Shown here piece after piece: positions 49,307 through 59,776 of a DNA stretch of 64,000 bases. Under the pieces are notes generated by a model. The model was not told where the DNA came from. It ran no database searches and worked only from the letters and a program-made list of their open reading frames with translations. Each line of letters opens with the position of its first letter. Position 1 is the first letter of the stretch. Origin of the DNA: Candidatus Micrarchaeota archaeon (GTDB taxonomy: Archaea; Micrarchaeota; Micrarchaeia; Anstonellales; Bilamarchaeaceae); assembly GCA_038046765.1 (NCBI GenBank), contig JBBSVN010000012.1, forward strand, positions 36,044-100,043, in the 5' to 3' direction. A program made the translations under genes and the position numbers.

Positions 49307-49358
49307 AGTATCAATTAATATAACTATATTAATATAAAGTTATGTTTTTTGATACTAT
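49305..49358. promoter_or_regulatory. Nested inverted-repeat operator over the promoter
   Basis: ATAGTATCAA/TTGATACTAT (perfect 10 bp) enclosing ATAACT/AGTTAT. Confidence 0.6.
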
Positions 49359-49425
49359 AAATTTTCTTCTTCTTTAGATGCTCAACTGTTTTTATTTGCC
49401 TATTTCATGAGTCTAGGGTATCTTC

Positions 49426-50973
49426 TTATTCGATCAATTCTACAATCGCTTTTTGCTGTCGTTCGCTTGCTGTAACGCGGAATCGTATATGCTTAAAAGT
49501 TGTATTATTTCCTATTCCAGCCCTTGCCTTTATTTTAGCTAGAGTTTCAAGATCAAATTCTCTTTGTACAATAAGCAATTTTCCAGTCTCTGCTAGAAGT
49601 CCTTTCCAATGCTCTGCTGCATCATCATCGTGCTTTTCTCCACCTACTTCAGATAATACTCTTGCATTGTTGATATAAGGATAAATAATCGATCGTCTGC
49701 CTTCTGAAACAAAATCTGAAGGATAAAAAACAATATAATTACTGTGTGTTTCATTAAATCTTATTAATTCTTCAACCTCGAATCGATGTATCAGTACAAC
49801 TATCCCTCCACACTCAAAAATTCCGCTCTTTCCTTTAACATATTCTGCACGAAATAACAGATCTTTAGGGTTCGAAAAATCGTAAAAATCTGTATTGATG
49901 TTTACATCTGCAATCTGCAGAATTGTAACTTGCGGTTCGCCGTTTTCTTCAATTATCGCAAATTCAATATACTGTGGTTTTCCAATCAAATTTTCCAGTT
50001 TTTTTAGTTTTTCAAATAACCAGACTAAATTTTTTTCCTGTATTGCATTGTCTGGTACATCTATCTCTGATACTCCCCCATATTTTAAATTAATCGCCTC
50101 TCCTTTTTTATCATCCCTAGTTTTCAGGATTATTCTTTTAAGTTTTCGTAATTCATCTTCCTCAATTTTTTTCATTGATTTACTAACTGTTTTTAGTCCT
50201 AAACCCGGGCATATTTTTACGTAACCTTTACCTTGCGAAGTTGAAGTGTATGCTAATCCACCATATGCTGGTGCAAAATAATTTTTTTCAAAATCCCCTG
50301 GTTTTGTTTCTGGTCTTTCTGAATAATCCTTCCAGAAATCATCTTCTCTTGCTTGACCATAAACTGGTTCAATAATTATTGCCATTCCTTCTGCTAAACC
50401 CTTATCTTTTCTAAAAGTAATCGCATCTAAAGAAAATTCGCTTTCTAAAACGTTCTTAATTGAATCAACTAGGCTCTTTATTTCCCATCTCTCAAACTCG
50501 TCGTTATATTTCTTTAATAAAGGTATGCAAAATTCGCTTTGATATGTTCCGGTTCCTCGTGAATCCCCGTAAGCAGATGATCTGACTGCAACAGGTGTTC
50601 CTTTGAATTTCTCATCTAAAGAATTTATTATCGCCAATTCTTGTTCGTTAAAAGTTCCGTTTCTAATCAGTTGCTGAATTTCATTCGGACTAGCGCCTTG
50701 AGCTACTGCTGCGTTTATTCCATTTCGTTCTTTAAATCCTTCAAAAAACCCCATTGCTAGAACAGTTCTTGGATTCGCTACAAAACCCGCTTGAATTATT
50801 GCCCAGGTTTTTCTCATTAGTTCTTCTGCCTTATCTCCGATTGAACCCGAACCAATAATTGTCCAATATTTTTCATTAAGCTTGGCTACTTGCGTTTGCC
50901 TGGCTACTAAAAGGTTTCTAAAATTTGAGCGATCTGTTGCTACTATTTGTTGTACTAATCTAGAATTAGACAT
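49426..50973 (-). CDS. PEP/pyruvate-binding (PPDK/PEPS N-terminal ATP-grasp) domain protein
   Basis: IGDKA, VAVRSSAYGD, GTYQS, MAIIIE, IEFAI, ILQ; no phospho-His or TIM domain recognised. Confidence 0.7.
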   Translation of the reverse strand: MSNSRLVQQIVATDRSNFRNLLVARQTQVAKLNEKYWTIIGSGSIGDKAEELMRKTWAIIQAGFVANPRTVLAMGFFEGFKERNGINAAVAQGASPNEIQQLIRNGTFNEQELAIINSLDEKFKGTPVAVRSSAYGDSRGTGTYQSEFCIPLLKKYNDEFERWEIKSLVDSIKNVLESEFSLDAITFRKDKGLAEGMAIIIEPVYGQAREDDFWKDYSERPETKPGDFEKNYFAPAYGGLAYTSTSQGKGYVKICPGLGLKTVSKSMKKIEEDELRKLKRIILKTRDDKKGEAINLKYGGVSEIDVPDNAIQEKNLVWLFEKLKKLENLIGKPQYIEFAIIEENGEPQVTILQIADVNINTDFYDFSNPKDLLFRAEYVKGKSGIFECGGIVVLIHRFEVEELIRFNETHSNYIVFYPSDFVSEGRRSIIYPYINNARVLSEVGGEKHDDDAAEHWKGLLAETGKLLIVQREFDLETLAKIKARAGIGNNTTFKHIRFRVTASERQQKAIVELIE

Positions 50974-51094
50974 GTAATTAATTTTCTTAGGAATAATTTA
51001 TAAAGTTGTATGGAAGTGCATCTTATGTAAATTAATCTCCAAAACATAGTTTTAAATACACGTTTGTGCACATTTGTTATACAATGGTGAAACT

Positions 51095-51388
51095 ATGGAA
51101 TTTGTAAGTTTTAGAGCAGAAAAAGAACTAAAAATGCAACTAGAATTACTTGCTACTATGGAAAATAAAAATAAATCTGATGAATATAGAGAAATTTTTC
51201 TCTTAGGTATGCAGGAAAAAAAGAAAGAAGTGTCCGTTAGAAAATACCGGTTGGGGGAGCTTAGCTTAGGTAAAGCATCTGAACTATCTGGTTTAACAAA
51301 CTGGGAATTTCTACAGCTTTTAAGAGAGAAAAAAGTTCCTTTAAATCTTACAAAAGAAGAAGTTTTGGAAGGTGTTGAAAATTTATGA
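51095..51388 (+). CDS. UPF0175-family antitoxin
   Basis: YRLGELSLGKASELSGL..WEF; GGTGA SD. Confidence 0.8.
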   Translation: MEFVSFRAEKELKMQLELLATMENKNKSDEYREIFLLGMQEKKKEVSVRKYRLGELSLGKASELSGLTNWEFLQLLREKKVPLNLTKEEVLEGVENL

Positions 51389-51858
51389 AAGCAGTGATCG
51401 ATTCAGTGTCATTAATTTTTCTTCTTAAAATTCCGAAGCTTGAGGAATTGCTTAATACTTATGTGAACGAATTATTTGTTACCGATGAAGTCTGGCACGA
51501 AGTCTTTGAAAGCAAAATTTCTCATGAACTTAACCCAATATCCCAATTAAATTTAAAAGTTAAAAGAAAAAATCCACGGCAAAAAATCAAAACGAATCTT
51601 GGCGCCGGCGAATTATCTTCAATTTCCCTTGCCCTAGAAGAAAGAATATTTTTTTTATCTGATGATCGAAAAGCAATTTTATTTGCCAAAAGTCTAAATT
51701 TAAATACAGCTACGACCTTATCTGTCCTAATCAGATCTAAGAAAGATAAACTAATTGATGGGGGGGAAGCTAAAAAAATCCTTTTCGAACTTGTAGAAAA
51801 AGGTTTTTACATTAGTTCGGAACTCTTTGTCGAAGTTCTCAAAATTTTAGAAAGTTAA
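51385..51858 (+). CDS. PIN-domain toxin (DUF3368-like)
   Basis: VIDS, LGAGELSSI, LSDDRKA, GFYIS; ATGA overlap. Confidence 0.8.
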   Translation: MKAVIDSVSLIFLLKIPKLEELLNTYVNELFVTDEVWHEVFESKISHELNPISQLNLKVKRKNPRQKIKTNLGAGELSSISLALEERIFFLSDDRKAILFAKSLNLNTATTLSVLIRSKKDKLIDGGEAKKILFELVEKGFYISSELFVEVLKILES

Positions 51859-51862
51859 TCTT

Positions 51863-54800
51863 TTAAACAAAATCCGCAAGTCCAAGTTGTCTGCTTTTTT
51901 CATCTTCGAAAATACTTCGTATTTCCTTTTTAACTAGAAGTAGTCTTTGCTTTAAATAATCCGGTAATTCGTAATCTGCAATAATCTTTTCTGAAATTTC
52001 TAAGTATTTTTCAATTCCTCCCTTATTTATTGTTAAAATAAGATTTCCTCCACAGAAATTGCATTTGCCCGATAACGGGACGCGTCTTAAACTTTCATTA
52101 CAACTAGTGCATCTAAATGTTTGCCTTGAAAATGATCTTAAATTACCATATAAATCTGGTATAAAATGGCTAAGGATTAATCTTTCAGCAGCATTCTTCG
52201 CATCTACTGCCCTTATTTTTCCCTGTAATTTAAATTGCGTGGTTATCTTATCAGCCATATTATCAAATGTTACATAAGCCGTTCGTAAATTTCCTTTATC
52301 TATATATCCGCCCGTATGCGTAAGCTGAATTTCAAATTGCTCGGGGGTTCCAAGTAAGTCCTTTACTGTTTTTAATTTTACTTCTGTTGGAGGTGTATAC
52401 TTTAGTGTTGCCTCATAAAATTCTTTTGGATAAGAATTCACTACTTCAATACAGTGCGCTTCATCATCAACTTCTTTTGGGTCTAACTGAGGTGTTAAAA
52501 CTAATGGCGCGTCCATTGTCCCCCCTCTTCGCTCAGTTAAATAATGCCTTGAAAAATTAATCAGGGTGTCCATAAGAAGCATGACTGAGTCTTCATCACC
52601 ATCACATTGATAAGTAGTTATTCCAGAACAAATAAGACTGTGGTACTTTTCTACCGTTACATTGTAAACAAATTTATCTTGGTTTTTGATCGTTTTTCTC
52701 TCAATAACCTGATCAATAAAAGTGTCTCCTAAATATTCTGTCCTAGATCCTTTTCTTTTTGTTTCCCACTTCTCCAAAAGTTTTTGCGCTTTTTCTTGCT
52801 TTAAACCAGAAAATCCTATGTTATCAATAAATTTTTTAGCTTCACTAGAATAAATTCTTATCTTATATGAATGAATATATTTGGGTCTGCCATAAAACTT
52901 TATAATCAGAGAACTTTTTACGTATCTATCTTCTTCATAAATCGAATGCTTAATTCCAAAGAAATTTAGCAAAATGGAAACTCCATCTATCAGTTCCTTA
53001 TTTATAGAAGTTACATTCACCTCCAGGGTATTGCCTAAAGAACAAGAACCATCTCCCGTGAAGTAACCTTTTAGCAGTGCAATCACTTTTTTATTTGGCA
53101 AAGAATAGACAAAATCAGGTATTTTTTTAGTTTTTGCATTTCTACCTATTTTTAACTTTTCAAAGAGTTCGTAAATATATCTTGAACAAATTGTTATATG
53201 TGTTTTATTTACATGAGGTTTAATTCCAAAAACTTTCTCAATTTTTTCTTTTATTATATCTACTGCCCATTCTTTGGTAGCTGTCAAAGAAACCTGATAA
53301 CAATCTATCTGCTTATTTTTAGTAAACCCCTCCGCTAAATAAAATCCGATTAAATAGAAGAAATCCTCATCAAGCTTTATTGTTGGCTTTAACAGAACCT
53401 TATCCCTCTTACTACCTAATATATATTTTTTACTCGCCAGTATGTCTGCTCTAAATTCTTTTACCAATTCCAACGGATAAGATTTTCTATATATATAATT
53501 AGTGAAAGTTTTGTAATTTAATCCAAAACTTCTACTTATTTGAGATAATTCTCCCTCTTCATTGAATAATTTCTCATCTGTTCTTATCATTGCATCTGTA
53601 ATATTCAAACTAGAAATAAGTTCCATGTCTTCCCTATCTATAATTTCCCTTTGCAAATTCCAAGGAATTATTAGTTCTTCAACTTCATTCGCGCTTACTT
53701 TTTCTCCTTTTGAATTCGGAAATTTATGGTCTGGCGTTACCGTTATTCTTCTGCCAGATTTTGTTTTTAACTTTACTAAATTTTCTGGTGCAATATGTTT
53801 TGAAACATGCGTAATATTACATAATTCAAATTTTTTCATTTTCTTGTTCCAAGCATATGTCTTTACTCCTTCTACTAGTTTATATTGAGTCCCAAAATCA
53901 TCTATTTCTGTTTTTCCGACTAAATTACTTTCTACAAAATCCATTATTTTCGTAAGTTCTAGTGATCCGTTTCGCTCGACCAAAATTTTTTCTTTTCCAT
54001 CAAAACAATTTCTCCTTCGCGCTGATATCAAATAAGGATGAGCATAAGATAAATTTGCCTTTGTAAAACCTACAATTCTGCAAAGAACTGCCGCGCTAGT
54101 GTGTGGCGAAAGACAAGCAGTTAGTTGTCCTATTAAGTCCTGTTTTGTTAATGCATTATAAAACGGCGCAAGCCCGTAAACGTTTACTAATAAATCATCG
54201 ATAAATTTTGCAGCCTGTAAGAAATATTCTCCATTCGCTTCTGGTATTACAATGTCCTGTATTTTAAGTGAAACAAGTTGGTTTTCGTTAGTTAATTCAT
54301 TTCCATAATAATCTTTCAAATAGCCTAAACTTCTTAGTTTTGCAATACTAACCTGTGCTTCACTTGGTTTAAAATGAGTTAAAGGGACGTTACTGGCATC
54401 AAAGCGCATTGTTCCATCACGAAATACATAAACCCCATATTTCGCCCTTAAAAATCCTTTTTCTAAAAGTTCGGGCGTACGCTCTAAATTAGATAACCCC
54501 TTTATTCCCTTTACATCCTCAACGCTTATGTCTAGTTTTTTCTTTATTGAATCATAAAGTTCGATCATATCTATGGGTTTTTTTTCAAAGCATACTGTTT
54601 CCTTATCACAGTGTATTTTCATGTTAACTGGGTTGCCGCATACAACGCATTTTTTTTCAATAATTGTTTCGCCCTTACAAATTTCGCATGTAGATAAAAA
54701 TGTAAGTTTTTTACAACTCGTACATCTTCTGTTTACAAGTTCAAGGTTAACTGTTCGTTCATCCCTACCACGAAGAGTTTTGTATATTTTTGTTATGCTT

Positions 54801-56623
54801 CTGTTTTTTTGTGATCCTGTCGGGAATAGAACGTTTGGTGAGCCATCCATCTTTCTTTCTTTTCCCTTTTCAGGCCTTCCCATTCTTGCGCCAATATAAG
54901 ATGGTGATTTAATTCTCATCGTTATACCGCTGGTTTTAGATAAAATTTCCATAACGAGGCCGCTTGGGCTAATCGTAATTGCATCATCAAATGTTATCTG
55001 ATTTTCACTAGTTTTTATTATTCCAAGACTAGCGAGTATCGCATATCCATATTCTTTCTCAACTATTATTTTGTTATCCACTACACGGTGTTCTATAAGC
55101 AAGTCTTCTAATATTGGCTTTGCGTCAAGGTTTTCAAAAACTATTTGTGTTATATTTTCATTGTCTTTATCTACTCTTGCCTTTTTACATTCTAGATAAA
55201 ACATTTGTAATTGTTCTATGGTAATTTCATTCCACTCGTAAGTATAATCTGGGTGAAGGGGTAATTTATGTGCTAGACAAAATTCAAAAGCAGACTTGGC
55301 ATCAAATATGCTTGGCATATTAATCCCTATTGCTTCGCATTCTTTTAGGAACCATTCTACGCACCAGCTCGAGGGCATAAGTGGCATATTCGCCTTAAGA
55401 AAATCACCATAAGGAACTAACATGTCCCCAAGAGAAAGAATCTCTGCAACATCTTTGTTTATTGCATATGCCATTTCAACTGTTTTTACTTTTACCACAT
55501 CTCCATTTTTCATTTTTACTATTGGCGGTTCCATTTCTTCATACCCAGTTACTACACATCCTTTTCCTGGATATTCTATTTTCATGTGTGTCCCATATGC
55601 TAAAAAATTATCCAGGATAATCATTGTTGCTGGATGGACATTTTTTGCCATTAAGCTGTTTGTTTTGCTTTTTCCATAGCGCAACTTGAATCCGCCTTTT
55701 CTAGAAGGATAAGAAAATACTGGTCTGCCGGCAACTAAACCATCAAGATAAGTTTCATCCTTTTTAAGGTTCTTTTCTTCTTTATTGTCCTTTTTGAGTT
55801 TGATTAGTTTTTCTAAAAAATCCCATCCAAGTTTTAGTTTTTTTGTATACTTGAAAACTTTTGCTGCTTTTTGCGCAATTCCCTCGCATATAACTAACGG
55901 AGTTCCTCCTCGAATTCTGTTTGTTTCAACTCCTGGGACATTTCTAAATGCGCTAACTTCTATTTCTTCAGTAGGATCGCCATCTATGCAAACCGGGCAG
56001 TTTTTAAGTATGTGTCTTATATCTTCTTCGCTTGGTTTATACTGCAAGTGTGCAACTCGTGATTCGTACATATTTATTTCTTCAAGATATCTTTCAATCT
56101 GAGTATCTGTTGCCCTATAATCCGCAAGCTTTAATACTCGCCTTGCAATATCTGCTAAAACAACGCTTAATGCAACTGCTGTGCCTCCTGCGCTTCTAAT
56201 TGGTCCGGAGTAATAAACTGCGACAAAGTCGCTTCCGTCTGGATTACTTTTTATGCGAACTTTCGCAATTCCTTCGGTAGGCGCAACCAAAACCCCTTCA
56301 GTTAATATTCCTAGACCTGTTCGTACTGCCTGCTCGATTAATTCTTCAGGTGTTCCGCGGATTATTTCTCCAGCAGCTATTTTTCTAGCTATCTCAAAAG
56401 AAATATCCTCTCTTGCCATTCCGTTTTTTTCCATATTTCGGATTGTTTCGGCAACTCCCTTTGGTCCGACAATATTTTCTACTCTTGCTGCTACGTCCTT
56501 AGCAATTTTTACTTCAACTTCACGTTCAGGATCAAAACCTTTCTTACGGGCTTCGCTGGCGTAAGCGTAAGAACGTTGAAGTTCGTTTTTTAACATTTCA
56601 AAATAAGCTTCTATTTCGGACAT
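51863..56623 (-). CDS. polC: DNA polymerase D large subunit DP2 with intein
   Basis: EGVLVAPTEGI, GPIRSAGGT, LRYGKS, RMGRPEK, RRRN|intein|CDGDED, RGGTMDAP, C-terminal Zn finger. Confidence 0.96.
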   Translation of the reverse strand: MSEIEAYFEMLKNELQRSYAYASEARKKGFDPEREVEVKIAKDVAARVENIVGPKGVAETIRNMEKNGMAREDISFEIARKIAAGEIIRGTPEELIEQAVRTGLGILTEGVLVAPTEGIAKVRIKSNPDGSDFVAVYYSGPIRSAGGTAVALSVVLADIARRVLKLADYRATDTQIERYLEEINMYESRVAHLQYKPSEEDIRHILKNCPVCIDGDPTEEIEVSAFRNVPGVETNRIRGGTPLVICEGIAQKAAKVFKYTKKLKLGWDFLEKLIKLKKDNKEEKNLKKDETYLDGLVAGRPVFSYPSRKGGFKLRYGKSKTNSLMAKNVHPATMIILDNFLAYGTHMKIEYPGKGCVVTGYEEMEPPIVKMKNGDVVKVKTVEMAYAINKDVAEILSLGDMLVPYGDFLKANMPLMPSSWCVEWFLKECEAIGINMPSIFDAKSAFEFCLAHKLPLHPDYTYEWNEITIEQLQMFYLECKKARVDKDNENITQIVFENLDAKPILEDLLIEHRVVDNKIIVEKEYGYAILASLGIIKTSENQITFDDAITISPSGLVMEILSKTSGITMRIKSPSYIGARMGRPEKGKERKMDGSPNVLFPTGSQKNRSITKIYKTLRGRDERTVNLELVNRRCTSCKKLTFLSTCEICKGETIIEKKCVVCGNPVNMKIHCDKETVCFEKKPIDMIELYDSIKKKLDISVEDVKGIKGLSNLERTPELLEKGFLRAKYGVYVFRDGTMRFDASNVPLTHFKPSEAQVSIAKLRSLGYLKDYYGNELTNENQLVSLKIQDIVIPEANGEYFLQAAKFIDDLLVNVYGLAPFYNALTKQDLIGQLTACLSPHTSAAVLCRIVGFTKANLSYAHPYLISARRRNCFDGKEKILVERNGSLELTKIMDFVESNLVGKTEIDDFGTQYKLVEGVKTYAWNKKMKKFELCNITHVSKHIAPENLVKLKTKSGRRITVTPDHKFPNSKGEKVSANEVEELIIPWNLQREIIDREDMELISSLNITDAMIRTDEKLFNEEGELSQISRSFGLNYKTFTNYIYRKSYPLELVKEFRADILASKKYILGSKRDKVLLKPTIKLDEDFFYLIGFYLAEGFTKNKQIDCYQVSLTATKEWAVDIIKEKIEKVFGIKPHVNKTHITICSRYIYELFEKLKIGRNAKTKKIPDFVYSLPNKKVIALLKGYFTGDGSCSLGNTLEVNVTSINKELIDGVSILLNFFGIKHSIYEEDRYVKSSLIIKFYGRPKYIHSYKIRIYSSEAKKFIDNIGFSGLKQEKAQKLLEKWETKRKGSRTEYLGDTFIDQVIERKTIKNQDKFVYNVTVEKYHSLICSGITTYQCDGDEDSVMLLMDTLINFSRHYLTERRGGTMDAPLVLTPQLDPKEVDDEAHCIEVVNSYPKEFYEATLKYTPPTEVKLKTVKDLLGTPEQFEIQLTHTGGYIDKGNLRTAYVTFDNMADKITTQFKLQGKIRAVDAKNAAERLILSHFIPDLYGNLRSFSRQTFRCTSCNESLRRVPLSGKCNFCGGNLILTINKGGIEKYLEISEKIIADYELPDYLKQRLLLVKKEIRSIFEDEKSRQLGLADFV
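52607..54007 (-). mobile_element. Intein (467 aa) with LAGLIDADG homing endonuclease
   Basis: Starts CFDGKE; block B VTPDHKF; IGFYLAEG and KGYFTGDGS; ends VYNVTV..ITTYQ/C. Confidence 0.9.
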
Positions 56624-56729
56624 AAAATTCGTATTAACTATTATACTTAAAAATTAATAAAAAACAAACTGATTTAGCAAAAAGCTAAGGTCGTCAAGCT
56701 TTTTAAGTATTGCTTGTTCAAATAAAAAA

Positions 56730-58352
56730 ATGACCTCATTTCTCAAACAAATTGGATTTCCAATAGTTGCATTTATGGTCGTCATCGCCGCTTTATACAT
56801 TGGTGTTTCAACTTTTACTACTCCTTCTGTTAATGAAGCTTTGAAAAATAATTCTAATCTTACAGTAGTAAAACCCTTAGATCCACTACAAAAAAGCACT
56901 AACAATCAGGTAGATGAAAAAGTAGTTCAAAAACTAATTGGTGCAAATGCAATTACTGTTGATACTTCAAAGCAGTACCAAAAAATGCTTGGATTTGGTG
57001 GTTTTATTTCTAGGTTTGATGAACCACATATGCTTTATGGACAAGGACAAGGAAATCCAAAAGATATTGTTCCAGAACAAGAAAAAGAAAAAATACTAGA
57101 TGATGTTTATTCTGACCTATATCTAAACTCGATTACGCTTGGCATTGGACCAAGGGCAAGTCCCAGTTACAACTGGCTTAGTTCCTGGGAGTTACAAAAT
57201 GACAATAACGATCCACAAACTATAAATTGGAATGCTCTTAGATTCAATCGTAACTATTATGATAACTTATTCAAAACCATACAAAATGCAGAAAAAAAGA
57301 TAACTGGTCGGGGCGATAAGTTAACCTTAATTTTTAAGCATTCCTGGGGCGTTGAGAACTGGCTTTCAAATGAAGGTGGAAATACGGTAATAAAGCCAGC
57401 ATTAGAAGAGGAATATGCGGAAAATCTGGTAATATTTATTTTGTGGATAAAAAATACCTATGGTCTTGAAGCTGATTATATCGTACCAATGAACGAACCA
57501 GATGGAGCTGGCGGTATGGGTTATGAGCAATATGCAAGGATAATTAAATACCTTGGTCCGATGCTTGAAAAATATAATCTTTCAACTAAAATTTCCGGTC
57601 CTGAAACATATCTGCCAAGTACAGCACCTAGGTATCTTAAAGCAATTGCTGCTGATCCGCAGGCAGCAAAATACCTAAAACTGATAAGTTTCCATGGCTA
57701 TGATCGAGATTTATCTGTAAATATTCATGGGGACGCTAATGCAAGAAAGGAAATTGCGAACTATGCCAAAATACTTGGAGCTGATGTAATCCAAGGAGAA
57801 TTAAGCGCGTGCTGCAAAGAAAATCAAAAAACTTTTTGGAATAACAAATATACTCAGGCGATGGCATGGGCAAATGATTTTTACTTTGATATTACAAATG
57901 CAAACGCCGGCGCAGTTGATATGCAGTTATCATTTTGGCAGATTGATGACCCAAGTGCTTATGTTTTAATAAAATATGATCAAAACAAAAATTACCTTGG
58001 ATATGAAAAGGCTAAATTCTATTATGTTCTTGGACAATTTATAAATTACATAAAGCCAGGTATGGTAAGGATAGATGCAAAATCAGGCGATGAAAAAGTT
58101 TTGGTTAGTGCATACCAAGATAGGCAAACTAAGCAAGTTGTAATCGTTGCAATAAATAATGCAAAAGAAACAAAGAACTTTAAAATTGGTTTTGTGCAAA
58201 GTGCTAACTCCCCAAATCAAATTAGCGTAATTCGTTCATCAGAAACTGAAAATTGGATTGATCTTGGTTTAGTCTCTAAGAATAAAGATGGAATCTTTGA
58301 AGTTACGCTTGCGCCATCAAGTGTGACGACTTATAGTGGAATTGGGAAGTAG
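56730..58352 (+). CDS. Membrane-anchored clan-A glycoside hydrolase (GH30-like)
   Basis: YQKMLGFGG, MNEPD acid/base, SFHGY, QGE nucleophile, YIKPGMVRI, LAPSSVTT. Confidence 0.78.
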   Translation: MTSFLKQIGFPIVAFMVVIAALYIGVSTFTTPSVNEALKNNSNLTVVKPLDPLQKSTNNQVDEKVVQKLIGANAITVDTSKQYQKMLGFGGFISRFDEPHMLYGQGQGNPKDIVPEQEKEKILDDVYSDLYLNSITLGIGPRASPSYNWLSSWELQNDNNDPQTINWNALRFNRNYYDNLFKTIQNAEKKITGRGDKLTLIFKHSWGVENWLSNEGGNTVIKPALEEEYAENLVIFILWIKNTYGLEADYIVPMNEPDGAGGMGYEQYARIIKYLGPMLEKYNLSTKISGPETYLPSTAPRYLKAIAADPQAAKYLKLISFHGYDRDLSVNIHGDANARKEIANYAKILGADVIQGELSACCKENQKTFWNNKYTQAMAWANDFYFDITNANAGAVDMQLSFWQIDDPSAYVLIKYDQNKNYLGYEKAKFYYVLGQFINYIKPGMVRIDAKSGDEKVLVSAYQDRQTKQVVIVAINNAKETKNFKIGFVQSANSPNQISVIRSSETENWIDLGLVSKNKDGIFEVTLAPSSVTTYSGIGK

Positions 58353-58421
58353 CTCAATGCAATTATTACTATTTTTACTCTTTCTATAACATTTATAAAC
58401 TGTTCCAAACAGATTAATTAT

Positions 58422-59501
58422 ATGGCGATTCACAGAAGCGATAAAGATAACGGATCCGTTCCATCAGCTTTAGCTAAGGGACAAATTGAAAAAGGAGGAA
58501 AATCAGCAATAGTTCGATTAAGAAATGAACTAAGTGCTAGCAGGGATTTACTTATTGAAGAAAGTGCTAATCTATCCGGAAGGATAAATGAATCTAGAAA
58601 AGCATTAAATGAATCCCAAGAAAGGCTTGATTTAATTAAATCCAAAAAGGACATGGAAGCAAAACTTGCAACACTAAAGGAAAAACAAAGACAACTAAGC
58701 GAAAGAATTAACGAAATTTATAGTGGAATTGCAGAAGCTTTTGGGATTATTAATATCTTTAAATGCGTCGCAGACGGAAGAGTTGATCTAATTATTCAAA
58801 GCGGAAAAGAAGACATTATAAAAGCAATTCAGATGATTAATTCTGCACTTGCAGGACATATGTATGCTGGTGGGGATTATGAAATTAAAAATTTAAATGG
58901 TGACATAAGATTCATACGGGGGGGTATTTTAACTAATTATTGCACCCTACTTCAAAATGCATTATCACAAGCATCGAATTCAGAGTCTAAGCAAGCTGCT
59001 CTTCAAAGAAAATTACGGGAACATTCTACTTATCTAAGCCTTTTCGCAGAATTTGAATCAGTTAAAAGAGAAGGTCTTGAAATAGAATCCAAACTTGCAG
59101 CCTTTACTACTTATGCTTTAGAATGGCAAAGAATAACGGGAGTAGATAAAACAGAAAAAACATTTTCTTTAATTGAAAGAATCACTAAAGCAGGAGGTAT
59201 TGTCGCTGCATTTGCTGCAATTCCAGCTGCTTTTCTTGGGAGTATCGAACTTGGTGCAACTATTGCAGCTGCTGCCGGGCTAGTACCTTTAGCTACAAAA
59301 CTATCTATTAAATCTCTTCGTCCAAATCCAAATCTCTTACTTGAAGAAACAGAACTTGCGCTTAGAAGTATTTCTGAAAAGCAGGTTAAAGAACTAAGAG
59401 AAGCAATCAAAGATTTAAGTGAACAAAAACGAGCACAAGTTGAAGCACTAATTTCTGAAGAAAGGTCATTACGAGAATTAAGCGATGGAAAAGCGGAATA
59501 A
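58422..59501 (+). CDS. Coiled-coil protein with a hydrophobic hairpin
   Basis: Heptad repeats; Ala/Gly-rich hydrophobic segments near the C-terminus. Confidence 0.55.
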   Translation: MAIHRSDKDNGSVPSALAKGQIEKGGKSAIVRLRNELSASRDLLIEESANLSGRINESRKALNESQERLDLIKSKKDMEAKLATLKEKQRQLSERINEIYSGIAEAFGIINIFKCVADGRVDLIIQSGKEDIIKAIQMINSALAGHMYAGGDYEIKNLNGDIRFIRGGILTNYCTLLQNALSQASNSESKQAALQRKLREHSTYLSLFAEFESVKREGLEIESKLAAFTTYALEWQRITGVDKTEKTFSLIERITKAGGIVAAFAAIPAAFLGSIELGATIAAAAGLVPLATKLSIKSLRPNPNLLLEETELALRSISEKQVKELREAIKDLSEQKRAQVEALISEERSLRELSDGKAE

Positions 59502-59548
59502 ACGAAAACCTTAAATAACACGTAATACACATATATTATGTGATAAAT

Positions 59549-59767
59549 ATGGTAAACCTAACATTAACCGTACCCTCTGACTTAAAAAATCAGATGAACG
59601 AGTTTCCGGAAATAAACTGGAGCGAAGTAGCAAGACAATCAATTAGTTTAAAAATACAAGAGCTTTTACTCGTCCGTTCAATACTAGCTAAAAGCCAGTT
59701 GACAGAAGATGATGCAATAAAAATAGGAGAAAAAATAAAGACTGCAATTGCAGAGAAACACAAGTAG
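59549..59767 (+). CDS. Ribbon-helix-helix antitoxin
   Basis: MVNLTLTVP...EINWSEVARQSI. Confidence 0.75.
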   Translation: MVNLTLTVPSDLKNQMNEFPEINWSEVARQSISLKIQELLLVRSILAKSQLTEDDAIKIGEKIKTAIAEKHK

Positions 59768-59776
59768 GCGAACATT

